From Geotalea uraniireducens Rf4 (GTDB lineage Bacteria; Desulfobacterota; Desulfuromonadia; Geobacterales; Geobacteraceae), in the NCBI RefSeq assembly GCF_000016745.1, contig NC_009483.1, positions 5,040,001 through 5,072,000 on the forward strand: a stretch of DNA of 32,000 bases, in the 5' to 3' direction. A program made the position numbers and the translations under genes. The notes beneath the pieces were generated by a model. The model did no database searches. It was not told the origin of the DNA and worked only from the letters and a program-made list of their open reading frames with translations. This document shows positions 1 through 8,359 of this stretch, one piece after another; position 1 is the stretch's first letter; every line of letters begins with the position of its first letter.

Positions 1-638
1 TACTCTTTTGCAAGTTTTAGCCGCGATGGCACGCAGTCCACCGCAATTACCAAGCCGGCCCCCAGCAACCGGGTCCCGGCAACCGCCATGAGACCAACCG
101 GCCCCAGGCCGAAGATGACCCCGGAACCGCCTAACGGGATATTCGCATTCTCCGCCCCCTTGAAGCCGGTAGACATCATGTCGGTGGCGTAACATGCAGC
201 TTCGTCGGAAACTCCCGCCGGTATCGGAGCCACATTTGCCTCGGCATCGTTGACGTGGAAGTACTCGGCCAGGTTGCCGTCCTTTTGGGTCGTGAACTTG
301 TAGCCGCCGAGCATCACGGTGCACTGGGAAGGGAAGCCCCGCTGGCAGTTTTCGCATTTGTAGCAGGGAGTGATGGCGTTGACCGCGACCCGGTCACCTT
401 CCTTGAGCCCCTTGACCGCACTCCCCAGCTTATAGACGATCCCGACCGCCTCATGCCCCAAGACCCGGTCCCTGATTTCTCCGAGCCCACCGGCAACGGT
501 GTGCACGTCGGAAGTGCAGACCATGGCCAGTGTGGTCTTGATGATGGCATCGTTCGGACCTGGCTCCGGAATGGGCCGCTCGACAATTCCCACATCATTG
601 ATGCCTTTCATGACAAATGCCTTCATCGACTTTTTCAT
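1..638 (-). CDS. Zn-dependent medium-chain secondary-alcohol dehydrogenase (TbSADH/CbADH-like); N-terminal ~212 aa, C-terminus lies beyond the window start
   Basis: My own minus-strand translation from ATG 636-638 (AGGAG at 646-650, 7-nt spacer) gives MKKSMKAFVMKGINDVGIVERPIPEPGPNDAIIKTTLAMVCTSDVHTV...LGHEAVG...PCYKCENCQRGFPSQC...EYFHVNDAEANVAPIP...ATDMMSTGF...GLGPVGLMAVAG. The frame is open to position 1. The catalytic Zn ligands (Cys in CTSD, His-Glu in GHEAVG, Asp in TDMM) and the FHVNDA block match the NADP-dependent isopropanol dehydrogenase type. A CxxCxxCx7C structural-Zn motif is also present. It is absent from the ORF track because it runs off the edge. Confidence 0.85.
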   Translation of the reverse strand, partial: MKKSMKAFVMKGINDVGIVERPIPEPGPNDAIIKTTLAMVCTSDVHTVAGGLGEIRDRVLGHEAVGIVYKLGSAVKGLKEGDRVAVNAITPCYKCENCQRGFPSQCTVMLGGYKFTTQKDGNLAEYFHVNDAEANVAPIPAGVSDEAACYATDMMSTGFKGAENANIPLGGSGVIFGLGPVGLMAVAGTRLLGAGLVIAVDCVPSRLKLAKE

Positions 639-725
639 CTTTGCTCTCCTTTTACACCCTTATGCTGCAGGCAATGCTGCAGGCTGTAGACAACCGGCCT
701 TGGCAAGGAAACTCTGGATAAGATA

Positions 726-947
726 CTAGCCAAACGTGTAGACGGGATTACCCCTTTCATCGTCTGTCAGAAATGTCACCTCCATGCCGATCGTGATAGC
801 CGTTTTGTCCGAGTACCCTACGACACGAGCCATCCTTTTTTTCATGTTTTCTTCCACCACCGCCAATACGTACGGGGTTATCTCCTGAAAAGCCCCTATA
901 CCGCTATGCACGACGGAATAGGTATATATGGTGCCGCGCCTCTCCAT
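726..947 (-). CDS. DUF35-family OB-fold protein (thiolase partner) lacking the N-terminal zinc ribbon
   Basis: The track ORF is 726..977. I prefer the internal ATG at 945-947 (MERRGTIYTYSVVH...), because GGGGGAGG lies about 8 nt upstream and this start avoids overlap with the thiolase stop (952-954). The sequence TIYTYSVVH...PYVLAVVE...RMARVVG...IGMEVTF is typical of the DUF35 C-terminal OB fold. No CxxC pairs are present. It sits directly downstream of an SCP-x-type thiolase. Confidence 0.6.
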   Translation of the reverse strand: MERRGTIYTYSVVHSGIGAFQEITPYVLAVVEENMKKRMARVVGYSDKTAITIGMEVTFLTDDERGNPVYTFG

Positions 948-951
948 TTCT

Positions 952-2115
952 CTACCTCCCCCGGAAGATACTGACAACGCAGGTAGCTGCAGTGCCCCCG
1001 ATGTTGTGAGTCAAGCCAATGTCCGCCTTCTTTAACTGCCGTGCATCACCTTCCCCACGCAGTTGGGTAACTATTTCGTAAATCTGGCTTAAGCCCGTTG
1101 CCCCGATCGGATGCCCCTTGGCCTTCAAGCCGCCGCTCACATTGATCGGCATCAGACCATGGGCAGCCGTCTTTCCTTCGGCCACGGCTGCCGCCCCTTT
1201 CCCCTTGGCAAAGAATCCCAGGTCCTCGCTGTTGATTATCTGCGTGATGGTGAAACAGTCATGCACCTCTGCCAGATCGATCTGCGCGGGTTTGATGCCC
1301 GCCATCCCATAGGCCTGCTTGGCGGCATGCACGGTAGCAGCAAAGGTTGTCATGCTCTTTTTGGCCGCCAGGGTCACCGTATCACCAGCCTGGCCACAGC
1401 CGACCACCTCCACCAGGCGCTTCCGACAGACCGCCTTTGCCACGTCGGTCGCCGCCAGCACCACAAACGCGGCCCCATCCGAGACCAGGGAACAATCGAA
1501 AATCGTGAAAGGATGGGCGATCGGCAGGCCGTTCTTCACCTGCTCCACGGTAATCCTCTTCTGCAACTGCGCATCGGGATTGAGCAGGGCGTGATCGTGG
1601 TTCTGCACCGCACACAGTGCCATCTCATCCCGCACATTGCCGTATTCGTGGAAATACCGATTGGCGATCATGGCAAAGATGGAAGGGAATGTGGCGCCAA
1701 GACCAGCCTCCAGCTCCATGTCCGAGGCGCCGGCAAGCCCCGCGGTTACCGCCTCGGTTGACTGGTGGGTCATCTTTTCCACGCCGCCGACCAACACAAC
1801 GTCGTACATGCCTGACGCAACGGCGCTTAAAGCCTGCCTGAATGCCAGACTCCCCGAAGCGCACGCCCCTTCAACCCGGAGCGTCGGCACATTCCCCAGG
1901 CCCAGAACTTCGGCAGCCAGCGGCCCCAGGTGCCCCTGGCCGGAAAATCCTTGCGCGTTGTAGTTGCTCATGAAGAGAGCGCCAATGTCCTCCCTGCCGA
2001 TTCCGGAATCATCGATAGCCTTTGCGCCTGCCTCCAGGATCAAATCTTTCAGTGACCTTTCCGGGAATCTGCCGAATTTGGTTTCGCCGATGCCGATAAC
2101 GGATACACTACGCAT
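952..2115 (-). CDS. Thiolase-family protein, SCP-x/archaeal-type beta-ketoacyl-CoA thiolase
   Basis: 387 aa. It has a VIGIGETKFGR N-terminus, the nucleophile Cys in VEGACASGS, HDCFT and GHPIGATG catalytic blocks, and GGT...C near the C-terminus. It is paired with a DUF35 gene, as in the BbsAB, Ltp2 and archaeal thiolase systems. Confidence 0.9.
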   Translation of the reverse strand: MRSVSVIGIGETKFGRFPERSLKDLILEAGAKAIDDSGIGREDIGALFMSNYNAQGFSGQGHLGPLAAEVLGLGNVPTLRVEGACASGSLAFRQALSAVASGMYDVVLVGGVEKMTHQSTEAVTAGLAGASDMELEAGLGATFPSIFAMIANRYFHEYGNVRDEMALCAVQNHDHALLNPDAQLQKRITVEQVKNGLPIAHPFTIFDCSLVSDGAAFVVLAATDVAKAVCRKRLVEVVGCGQAGDTVTLAAKKSMTTFAATVHAAKQAYGMAGIKPAQIDLAEVHDCFTITQIINSEDLGFFAKGKGAAAVAEGKTAAHGLMPINVSGGLKAKGHPIGATGLSQIYEIVTQLRGEGDARQLKKADIGLTHNIGGTAATCVVSIFRGR

Positions 2116-2136
2116 TTCTCACCTCTCTCCGGTTTA

Positions 2137-2793
2137 TTACACTGCAATGGCCTTTAGCTGCGGATCGATACTCAATTGGGGGCCGGTCACCCGTTGCACC
2201 TCTTCCACCGTATAGCCGGGTGCGATTTCCCTCAGCAGCAGACCGGCCTTGGTGACATCGATGACTGCCATGTCGGTGATGATGCGGTGCACCACCCCTT
2301 TGCCGGTCAGCGGCAGGGAACAACTGTTGACTATCTTGGGCTGACCGTTCTTACTGCAATGCTCCATGATCACCACGACCCGTTGCGCCCCATTGACCAG
2401 ATCCATGGCGCCCCCCGGCCCTTTCACCATCTTGCCCGGCACCACCCAGTTGGCCAGGTCTCCGCCCACCGACACCTCCATGCCACCCAAGATGGAGAGA
2501 TTTATGTGGCCACCGCGAATCATGGCAAATGATTCGGCACTGGAAAAAACACTGGCGCCCGGAATCATCGTAATCGTCTCTTTGCCGGCATTGATCAGTT
2601 CCGGATCCACTTCTGCTTCCGTCGGATACGGCCCGATCCCGAGCAAGCCGTTTTCCGACTGCAAGACCACATGTTTGTACTTGGGGATAAAGTTGGCAAC
2701 CAGCGTCGGAATGCCGATACCCAAGTTCACATAAAAGCCGTTTTCTATTTCCTGGGCGGCGCGTTGCGCAATCTGCTCTCTGGTTAAAGACAT
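2137..2793 (-). CDS. scoB: 3-oxoacid CoA-transferase subunit B
   Basis: 218 aa. The sequence is close to family consensus ([16 protein letters not shown] catalytic-Glu block, GGAMDLV). It lies 13 nt downstream of the subunit A gene. Confidence 0.93.
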   Translation of the reverse strand: MSLTREQIAQRAAQEIENGFYVNLGIGIPTLVANFIPKYKHVVLQSENGLLGIGPYPTEAEVDPELINAGKETITMIPGASVFSSAESFAMIRGGHINLSILGGMEVSVGGDLANWVVPGKMVKGPGGAMDLVNGAQRVVVIMEHCSKNGQPKIVNSCSLPLTGKGVVHRIITDMAVIDVTKAGLLLREIAPGYTVEEVQRVTGPQLSIDPQLKAIAV

Positions 2794-2805
2794 TGTTTTT
2801 CCTCC

Positions 2806-3495
2806 TTAAGAGCGAACCGTTCTTCGCTCAATACGTTTTTCATAACCGGAGCATTTGATGACTCGTTGCACGTAAATACCCGGAGTATGGATAAAGTTGG
2901 GGTTAAGTTCTCCCACATCCAACAGTTCCTCTACTTCGGCAATCGTCACCTTGCCGGCGGCGGCCATCATCGGGTTGAAGTTACAGGAGGTCTTGTTGTA
3001 GATGAGATTGCCGGCCCTGTCCCCCGAGCAGGCCTTGACGAAGGCAAAGTCCGCGGTCAGGGCGGTTTCGAGCACGTAATCCTTGCCGTTGAAGCTCCGC
3101 ACCTCCTTCCCCGAGGTCAACTGGGTTCCCACCCCCGCCGGGGTGTAAAAAGCCGGAATACCGGCACCGCCGGCCCTGATCCTCTCCGCCAGGGTACCTT
3201 GCGGGACAAACTCCAGCTCCAGCTCGCCGGCCAGGAATTGCCGTTCAAACTCCCTGTTTTCACCCACGTACGAGGCGACCATCTTCCGAATCTGCCTGGT
3301 GGTCAAAAGGGTGCCCAGGGCATAGTCATCAATGCCGCAGTTATTGGATATAATCGTCAGATCCCTGGTCCCCTTCCTTAGCAATCCCTCGATCAGCTTC
3401 TCAGGGATGCCGACGATGCCAAAGCCGCCAGCCATGATGGTTGCCCCATCCTGGATATCATTAATGGCTTCTTCAATTGAACTCTGGACTTTCAT
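2806..3495 (-). CDS. scoA: 3-oxoacid CoA-transferase subunit A
   Basis: 229 aa. Motifs are DGATIMAGGFG, VSNN-like ISNNCG and GTLAERIRAGGAGIPAFYTP. An AGGAGA RBS lies upstream of the ATG at 3493-3495. Confidence 0.93.
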   Translation of the reverse strand: MKVQSSIEEAINDIQDGATIMAGGFGIVGIPEKLIEGLLRKGTRDLTIISNNCGIDDYALGTLLTTRQIRKMVASYVGENREFERQFLAGELELEFVPQGTLAERIRAGGAGIPAFYTPAGVGTQLTSGKEVRSFNGKDYVLETALTADFAFVKACSGDRAGNLIYNKTSCNFNPMMAAAGKVTIAEVEELLDVGELNPNFIHTPGIYVQRVIKCSGYEKRIERRTVRS

Positions 3496-3524
3496 GCGTT
3501 CTCTCCTTGCTCAGAATGACGTGT

Positions 3525-4784
3525 TTACGTTATTGGGACTGCTCTGTTCGAGCGCAGCCGTATTCCCTGCACTTCCCAGCCGTCCAGCTTGAAGGCGGAC
3601 GAGCCGACTCTGCTTACGTTGTGGGCCAGCCAGCACCTGGTGGGGAATGGACAGCCGGCAATGGTCGGTCGACCGCCAGGGGCACTGTTTTGCACGGCAG
3701 AGAACCCACAGCGGATGGCTTCGACCTCCTCACGGTTCAGGTCGCGGACGATAAAGACCAGCCGGCCGTGATGATCCGCAAATGGGCTCTGTGCCGGCCA
3801 TGTGCAGAGGCTGACCGGCGGATAGGCCACATCCTGGACGCAGTGGATTACCCGCGGCAGGGGATCGCCCATGATATTCATCAGCCCCTTGACCCGCAGG
3901 ATTTTGGGGCCGTGGGTTTGCAGGATCCGTCCCATTGCCACGGCGAAGCTGTACCAGGCCACGGGATCGGGGAAGCTGATGACAAAACTGCTGACCGAGT
4001 CGCCATGATGCCCGTGGGAATGGTCGGCTGCGTGGTCTGCAGCTGTACCGGCCCCGGGCGGCTTCTGGGCGCGCATCTGCTCGGCACCGAGCCATGCCGC
4101 CACATTGGTCGACCGGCCCCCGGTGGAGTAAATGCCACAGCCGAACAGCGCGTCCGGACTGATTCGGCCCCGGCACACATCGATCCGGGGCGCACCGGGA
4201 TTGAGTGCATCCAGCCGCCCGTCCAGCGCGGCGCGACCGGTGGTATTAGCCAGATCGCATTTGGTGATCAGCAGCCGGTCGGCCATGGCCACCTGGCGGA
4301 CCGCCTCCCGGTGCTGGTCCAGTTGCTGTAGGGCGTGGGTGGCGTCGACCACGGTGATGACACCGTCACACTGGTAGCGGGCCGCAACGAACCATTCCTG
4401 GGTGAGCGTGGAAATCACCGGGAGGGGATCGGCAAGACCGGTGGTTTCGATGACCACCCGCGACACCTGCGGAATCTCACGCATTGAGCTGCGCTGGGCC
4501 AGATTCCGCAAGGCCTTGACCAGATCCCCCTGCACGCTGCAGCAGATGCAGCCGGAGTCGAGGATCATCATCGTCTCGTCGACCCTGTCGACCAGGTGGT
4601 GATCTATACCGACCTCGCCGAATTCGTTGATCAGGACCGCTGCCCCGGCCATCTCGGGATGCTGCAGCAGATTGTTGAGCAGGGTGGTTTTCCCCGCACC
4701 CAGAAAGCCGGTGAGCAGGGTCACGGGAATCCGCCTGTCGGTTTGCGCCATCAGGTCATGGTACGGCTGCGTTTCGTTGTTCAT
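3525..4784 (-). CDS. COG0523 (CobW/ZigA/YeiR-type) G3E metallochaperone GTPase
   Basis: 419 aa. It has the Walker A GFLGAGKTTLLN, the CxCC metal motif (GCICCS), a His-rich linker DHAADHSHGHHGD, and a CobW_C-like C-terminal domain (ILRVKGL...HHGRLVFI). Confidence 0.9.
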   Translation of the reverse strand: MNNETQPYHDLMAQTDRRIPVTLLTGFLGAGKTTLLNNLLQHPEMAGAAVLINEFGEVGIDHHLVDRVDETMMILDSGCICCSVQGDLVKALRNLAQRSSMREIPQVSRVVIETTGLADPLPVISTLTQEWFVAARYQCDGVITVVDATHALQQLDQHREAVRQVAMADRLLITKCDLANTTGRAALDGRLDALNPGAPRIDVCRGRISPDALFGCGIYSTGGRSTNVAAWLGAEQMRAQKPPGAGTAADHAADHSHGHHGDSVSSFVISFPDPVAWYSFAVAMGRILQTHGPKILRVKGLMNIMGDPLPRVIHCVQDVAYPPVSLCTWPAQSPFADHHGRLVFIVRDLNREEVEAIRCGFSAVQNSAPGGRPTIAGCPFPTRCWLAHNVSRVGSSAFKLDGWEVQGIRLRSNRAVPIT

Positions 4785-4814
4785 GGTGTTTCCTTTAATC
4801 CAGAGAAAGCGGTT

Positions 4815-4927
4815 TCACGCAACGACGCGACGACGCAACGTTTAAAACCATGATCCAAAGATTTGTTTAAAAGCCTTTCGTCGCTTAAAAGCGCCTACTT
4901 TTGGTGCGGCGTTGCGTCATTGCGTGA
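4815..4927. repeat. Imperfect inverted repeat (REP-like) in the intergenic spacer
   Basis: tcacgcaacgacgc[gacgac]gcaacg at 4815-4840 pairs with cgttgcgtcattgcgtga at 4910-4927, whose reverse complement is tcacgcaatgacgcaacg. A duplicated ttaaaagc lies between the arms. Confidence 0.5.
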
Positions 4928-4994
4928 GGAGCCGCGTTTTTTGTCTCTTACGACTTGAGTCTTCATAAAAAGTGAGCAAACCTGAACTGCAATC

Positions 4995-5099
4995 GAACGC
5001 GGATGACGGGGATTGAGCGGATTTACGCAGATCTTAAAACCTTTTTTCTGCCTTGGTTGATCCGTGTAAATCCGCTTAAATCAGATTTGATCCGCGTTC
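4995..5099. repeat. Imperfect ~40-nt-arm palindrome (REP-like element)
   Basis: The left arm is gaacgcggatgacggggattgagcggatttacgcagatc (4995-5033). The reverse complement of 5059-5099 is gaacgcggatcaaatctgatttaagcggatttacacggatc. The arms share the gaacgcggat and agcggatttac blocks and the gatc terminus, with a ~25-nt loop. Confidence 0.55.
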
Positions 5100-5163
5100 T
5101 CTTGCCTTTGATTTCCCATGGTTCCGGCTTGTCCGGGTTGGGTTTAATCGCCTCAATTACCCG

Positions 5164-6039
5164 TCAAGCCCTGTCTGCCTTCAATCTGGCAAGACTGTCC
5201 AGTACCTGCTCCGGCAGGGCATCCCGCGGAATGTCGACGAAGTAGAACTGTGTGGGGGTTAATGGGGGCAACGGCTCTCCCCCCCAGACCATGCCGGACA
5301 CATCAAGGCCCTGGGCCCTGCCGGCAGCCGGGAAGTCGCCGGCGCCGATGAACACATCGATCTCCGCGAGCGCCGGGCTGTCGACAACTTTCCCCTCCCC
5401 CATGCGCAGGGCCAGCGGCCACCGGTAATGCCTGGCCAGGTTGATCAGGGGCCGATACAGCTCCGGATCAACACCCCCCGGTTGCACCCCGGCCAGCGAC
5501 TCCTCCAGCAGCAGGCCACCAACGGCCGCACCGGATACCGAACGGGCAAGATCGGCCACATACATGGCGGAGTCCTCGATACTGTCTCCGTCCAGCTCCA
5601 CCTCCCCGCGTCCCGCCGCCCGGCTGGCCTTTTGCAACCAGGAGCCGGGTGACGGCATGGACAGGACCAGCGGCAGCTGACCGCGGAGTTGCGCCAATAC
5701 GGCTTCGATGATTTCAGCCAGGAGCTCCCGCGGTTGCGACTGTTCCAGCAGCTTGCGCAGCGGATAGGACAGCTTGCGCTTTCCTGCCAACTCCGCTTTG
5801 ACGGCTGGATTACGCTGCAACCATGCGTCAAAGAGCTCGCCGACCTCAATCACCGCCACATCCGGCTTCAGCAACCCTTGGGCCTGGGAGAAATAAGCGA
5901 GGTATCTGCTCGCGCTCTCCCAGGGATCGCCAGACTCCCCCACGAGCAGTCGTTTCGTATAAGAGAAGGATTTAAGCCACGTCCTGATGTTGACGCTGGC
6001 ACCATCTACGGGCATGAGATCGGCGAGATTCTGGCTCAT
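5164..6039 (-). CDS. Hypothetical 291-aa protein with no family recognised; candidate accessory or fifth subunit of the ketone carboxylase
   Basis: A long ORF in the same orientation as the cluster. Its ATG (6037-6039) overlaps the TGA of the alpha-subunit gene (6036-6038) as ATGA. Codon composition matches its neighbours. I see no signal peptide, TM segment or metal/nucleotide motif. Confidence 0.75.
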   Translation of the reverse strand: MSQNLADLMPVDGASVNIRTWLKSFSYTKRLLVGESGDPWESASRYLAYFSQAQGLLKPDVAVIEVGELFDAWLQRNPAVKAELAGKRKLSYPLRKLLEQSQPRELLAEIIEAVLAQLRGQLPLVLSMPSPGSWLQKASRAAGRGEVELDGDSIEDSAMYVADLARSVSGAAVGGLLLEESLAGVQPGGVDPELYRPLINLARHYRWPLALRMGEGKVVDSPALAEIDVFIGAGDFPAAGRAQGLDVSGMVWGGEPLPPLTPTQFYFVDIPRDALPEQVLDSLARLKADRA

Positions 6040-8312
6040 TTCTTTTCGTCCCCCATCGCACCCAACTCGACAAGACGGGCTTCCAGTTCATCAATCCGGA
6101 CATCCTTGGGATGGCGCATATAGTTGGGCTTGGGCTTGTTGGCGTCGCGGGTGATGTCCGGGCTACCGGCATACAGGGTGCCGACATTATCACCCCAGCA
6201 GCCAAAGTACTGCAGATGTGCCGGGGGCTTTGGCGTGTTCCAACTCTTGACGAACTCGGCGAACGGAACCCCACGGGCAACACGATCCTGGCGCTCTTTA
6301 TCACGAAGTGCCCTGGTTGCCTCGTGATTGATCGCCAGGGTAAGCGGATCGAACTTCACCTTGTAGAGACTTTCTGCTACCCCCTCGGAAATCAGCCCTT
6401 CTTCGATATCCTTGATCACCGCCCGGGGGTCGCGCTCCAACAGATCACCATAGCCGGCACCGGCACCTTGGGAAATCATGAACATCTCACCGCGCTTGGA
6501 GATCTCGAACCCCATCCCCATGTGGTGGGTGGTGTAGCTGGCGCCTTCGAACGGTTGCTCGTTCATGATTTCGGCAATGGAATGCTTGAACTTATCCGGT
6601 TCGTTCAGGAGCACGTCATAGACGTCCACCCCCTTCACCTTGCACAGGGGATAGGCGCCGCAGGAGTACCCGCCGAAGAGCCCCTGCATCGGCGGAATCT
6701 TGGCCCCCTGGCAAACGGTCATGAAGCCCCACTGTTCGCTGTCCTTGGTGGCGACCATCATGGTGTATCCCTGGCCGCCGCGGTACTTGCCGGGAGCGAT
6801 TGCATCCTTGGTCATCTTCTTGGAAACCAACTGAAGGAAAGGGACCTCCTCCTCGTTCAGTTCCTGTTCACCGATGTCCGCCATGGTGGCGAAGATCGGC
6901 GCCAGAGCTGGTTCGCCATCACAGTCGGAGCGGGCGCCATGCCCCATGCCGTTCAGGTCGGCACAGAGGTTGCCCAGGGTTTCGCCGTGCTGGCTCACAC
7001 CACCCCAGATGAAGGTGTTGATCATATTGAAAGTCGGCGCATGAACCTTGGTGTACTTCTCCGGGCAGCTGTAGAGGAACTTGGCCACGGCGTGCTGGGC
7101 GGCGGTAAATCCGGTGAAGATCGACATCAGGCTCTGGGAGTTTGGTGCGTCGTAGGAGCAGTCGACAATGGAATGGGGATCGGTGATCACCTCGATGGGG
7201 GCGAACGCCGCCTGCCCCCGCGGCAGGTCCGGCCAGACGTAGCAGAGGAACATCTGGGCGATCATCCCCTTTAAGCCCGCCAGAACCGTATTGGTGGCGC
7301 GGTTGGTGAATTCCGGACTCGATCCGCGGAAGTCGAATATGAGCCGGTCGCCGGTCTTGGTCAGCTTGCAGTTGATCTTCACCACGCAGTTCTCACGCAG
7401 GGTCGAATCCTGGATAATGTAGGTACGCGAAGTCATGTCCGGCCATTCACGGATGCGGCGGATTACCTCGGCGCGCACGTTCTCCATGGTCAGACGGAGC
7501 GTGGCAATAAGGGCCTGTGGCCCGTCGGTCCGCAGGGTCTCCTCGACCCGCTGCTTGATCCGCAGGCAGGCGAAGAGCTTGACCTTCATGTCCTCGTACT
7601 GGAGCTTGGGCTCGCGCACCGAGTTCTGCAGGAAGGTCAGGACATCGCGCTTGATCTCGTAGTTCTCCACGACCCGGAACGGACTCATCTTCAGCCCCTC
7701 GTCGAAGGAGGTCTCGGCCATGGAGGGCATGCCGCCCGGCTCGATGGCGCCGTTCTCCCCTTCGTGCACCGTGGAGGCAACCCAGCAGACCAGCTTTCCC
7801 TCCCAAAATATGGGGAGGATCATACTCTGATCGGTATTATGGACATTGCCATAACGGGAGTCGTTATGTATGAAGCCGTCACCTTCGCGCACCCCCACCG
7901 TCGGGTCATTCATCCAGTTCTTGATGATAAATTTGATCGGGTGGTGAACCAGCGTCGAGAAAATCAGCACGCCTCCCGCACTAGCGATGGCCAAGTCTCC
8001 CGATGCGGTGTAGACGCCGGTGATGACGTCGCCCCACTTGGCACCCGGCGCTGCCCCCATCGCTTCCACCATTTCGAAGCCTTCATCGCAGCCGGCCTGG
8101 ACACGGTCACGAATCTTGGCGGTAGTATGCACGTCATTGTCTTGCCTGATGGCTTCCTCTTCATCCTCACTGCGCGGCATGAGGTCGTGCCGACGCATGA
8201 TCTCCGGATCCGGGCCAAGGAATAGTGTCGTATCACTAAGGAATTTCTTGATCAGTGCGATTTCCTCGGCACTGGGCGTCTTCGCCGCACTTGGCATAAT
8301 AGTTTCGCTCAT
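6036..8312 (-). CDS. acxB: Acetone-carboxylase-type alpha subunit (hydantoinase B/oxoprolinase family)
   Basis: 758 aa, which is acetone-carboxylase alpha size and far longer than a plain hydantoinase B. It contains the block DSRYGNVHNTDQSMILPIFWEGKLVCWVASTVHEGENGAIEPGGM and a KYRGGQG motif. Hydantoinase-A and gamma genes are adjacent. Confidence 0.88.
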   Translation of the reverse strand: MSETIMPSAAKTPSAEEIALIKKFLSDTTLFLGPDPEIMRRHDLMPRSEDEEEAIRQDNDVHTTAKIRDRVQAGCDEGFEMVEAMGAAPGAKWGDVITGVYTASGDLAIASAGGVLIFSTLVHHPIKFIIKNWMNDPTVGVREGDGFIHNDSRYGNVHNTDQSMILPIFWEGKLVCWVASTVHEGENGAIEPGGMPSMAETSFDEGLKMSPFRVVENYEIKRDVLTFLQNSVREPKLQYEDMKVKLFACLRIKQRVEETLRTDGPQALIATLRLTMENVRAEVIRRIREWPDMTSRTYIIQDSTLRENCVVKINCKLTKTGDRLIFDFRGSSPEFTNRATNTVLAGLKGMIAQMFLCYVWPDLPRGQAAFAPIEVITDPHSIVDCSYDAPNSQSLMSIFTGFTAAQHAVAKFLYSCPEKYTKVHAPTFNMINTFIWGGVSQHGETLGNLCADLNGMGHGARSDCDGEPALAPIFATMADIGEQELNEEEVPFLQLVSKKMTKDAIAPGKYRGGQGYTMMVATKDSEQWGFMTVCQGAKIPPMQGLFGGYSCGAYPLCKVKGVDVYDVLLNEPDKFKHSIAEIMNEQPFEGASYTTHHMGMGFEISKRGEMFMISQGAGAGYGDLLERDPRAVIKDIEEGLISEGVAESLYKVKFDPLTLAINHEATRALRDKERQDRVARGVPFAEFVKSWNTPKPPAHLQYFGCWGDNVGTLYAGSPDITRDANKPKPNYMRHPKDVRIDELEARLVELGAMGDEKK

Positions 8313-8359
8313 TTTTAAATCCTCTCAAATTGTTAAGGTCAAATTGGTTTTCAACCCGG

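Noticed and set aside
255-689. 144-aa plus-strand ORF, with neighbours 314..598(-) and 499..729(+)
   Set aside because: They lie antisense to or out of frame with the strongly supported alcohol dehydrogenase CDS. The translations are low-complexity with no motifs.
6111-7274. 387-aa plus-strand ORF
   Set aside because: It is a shadow ORF antisense to the carboxylase alpha gene in GC-rich DNA. It is Gly/His/Leu/Val-rich nonsense with no RBS. The same reasoning applies to 9491..10546(+), 3477..4331(+), 1111..1761(+), 11211..11984(+) and 21368..22066(+).
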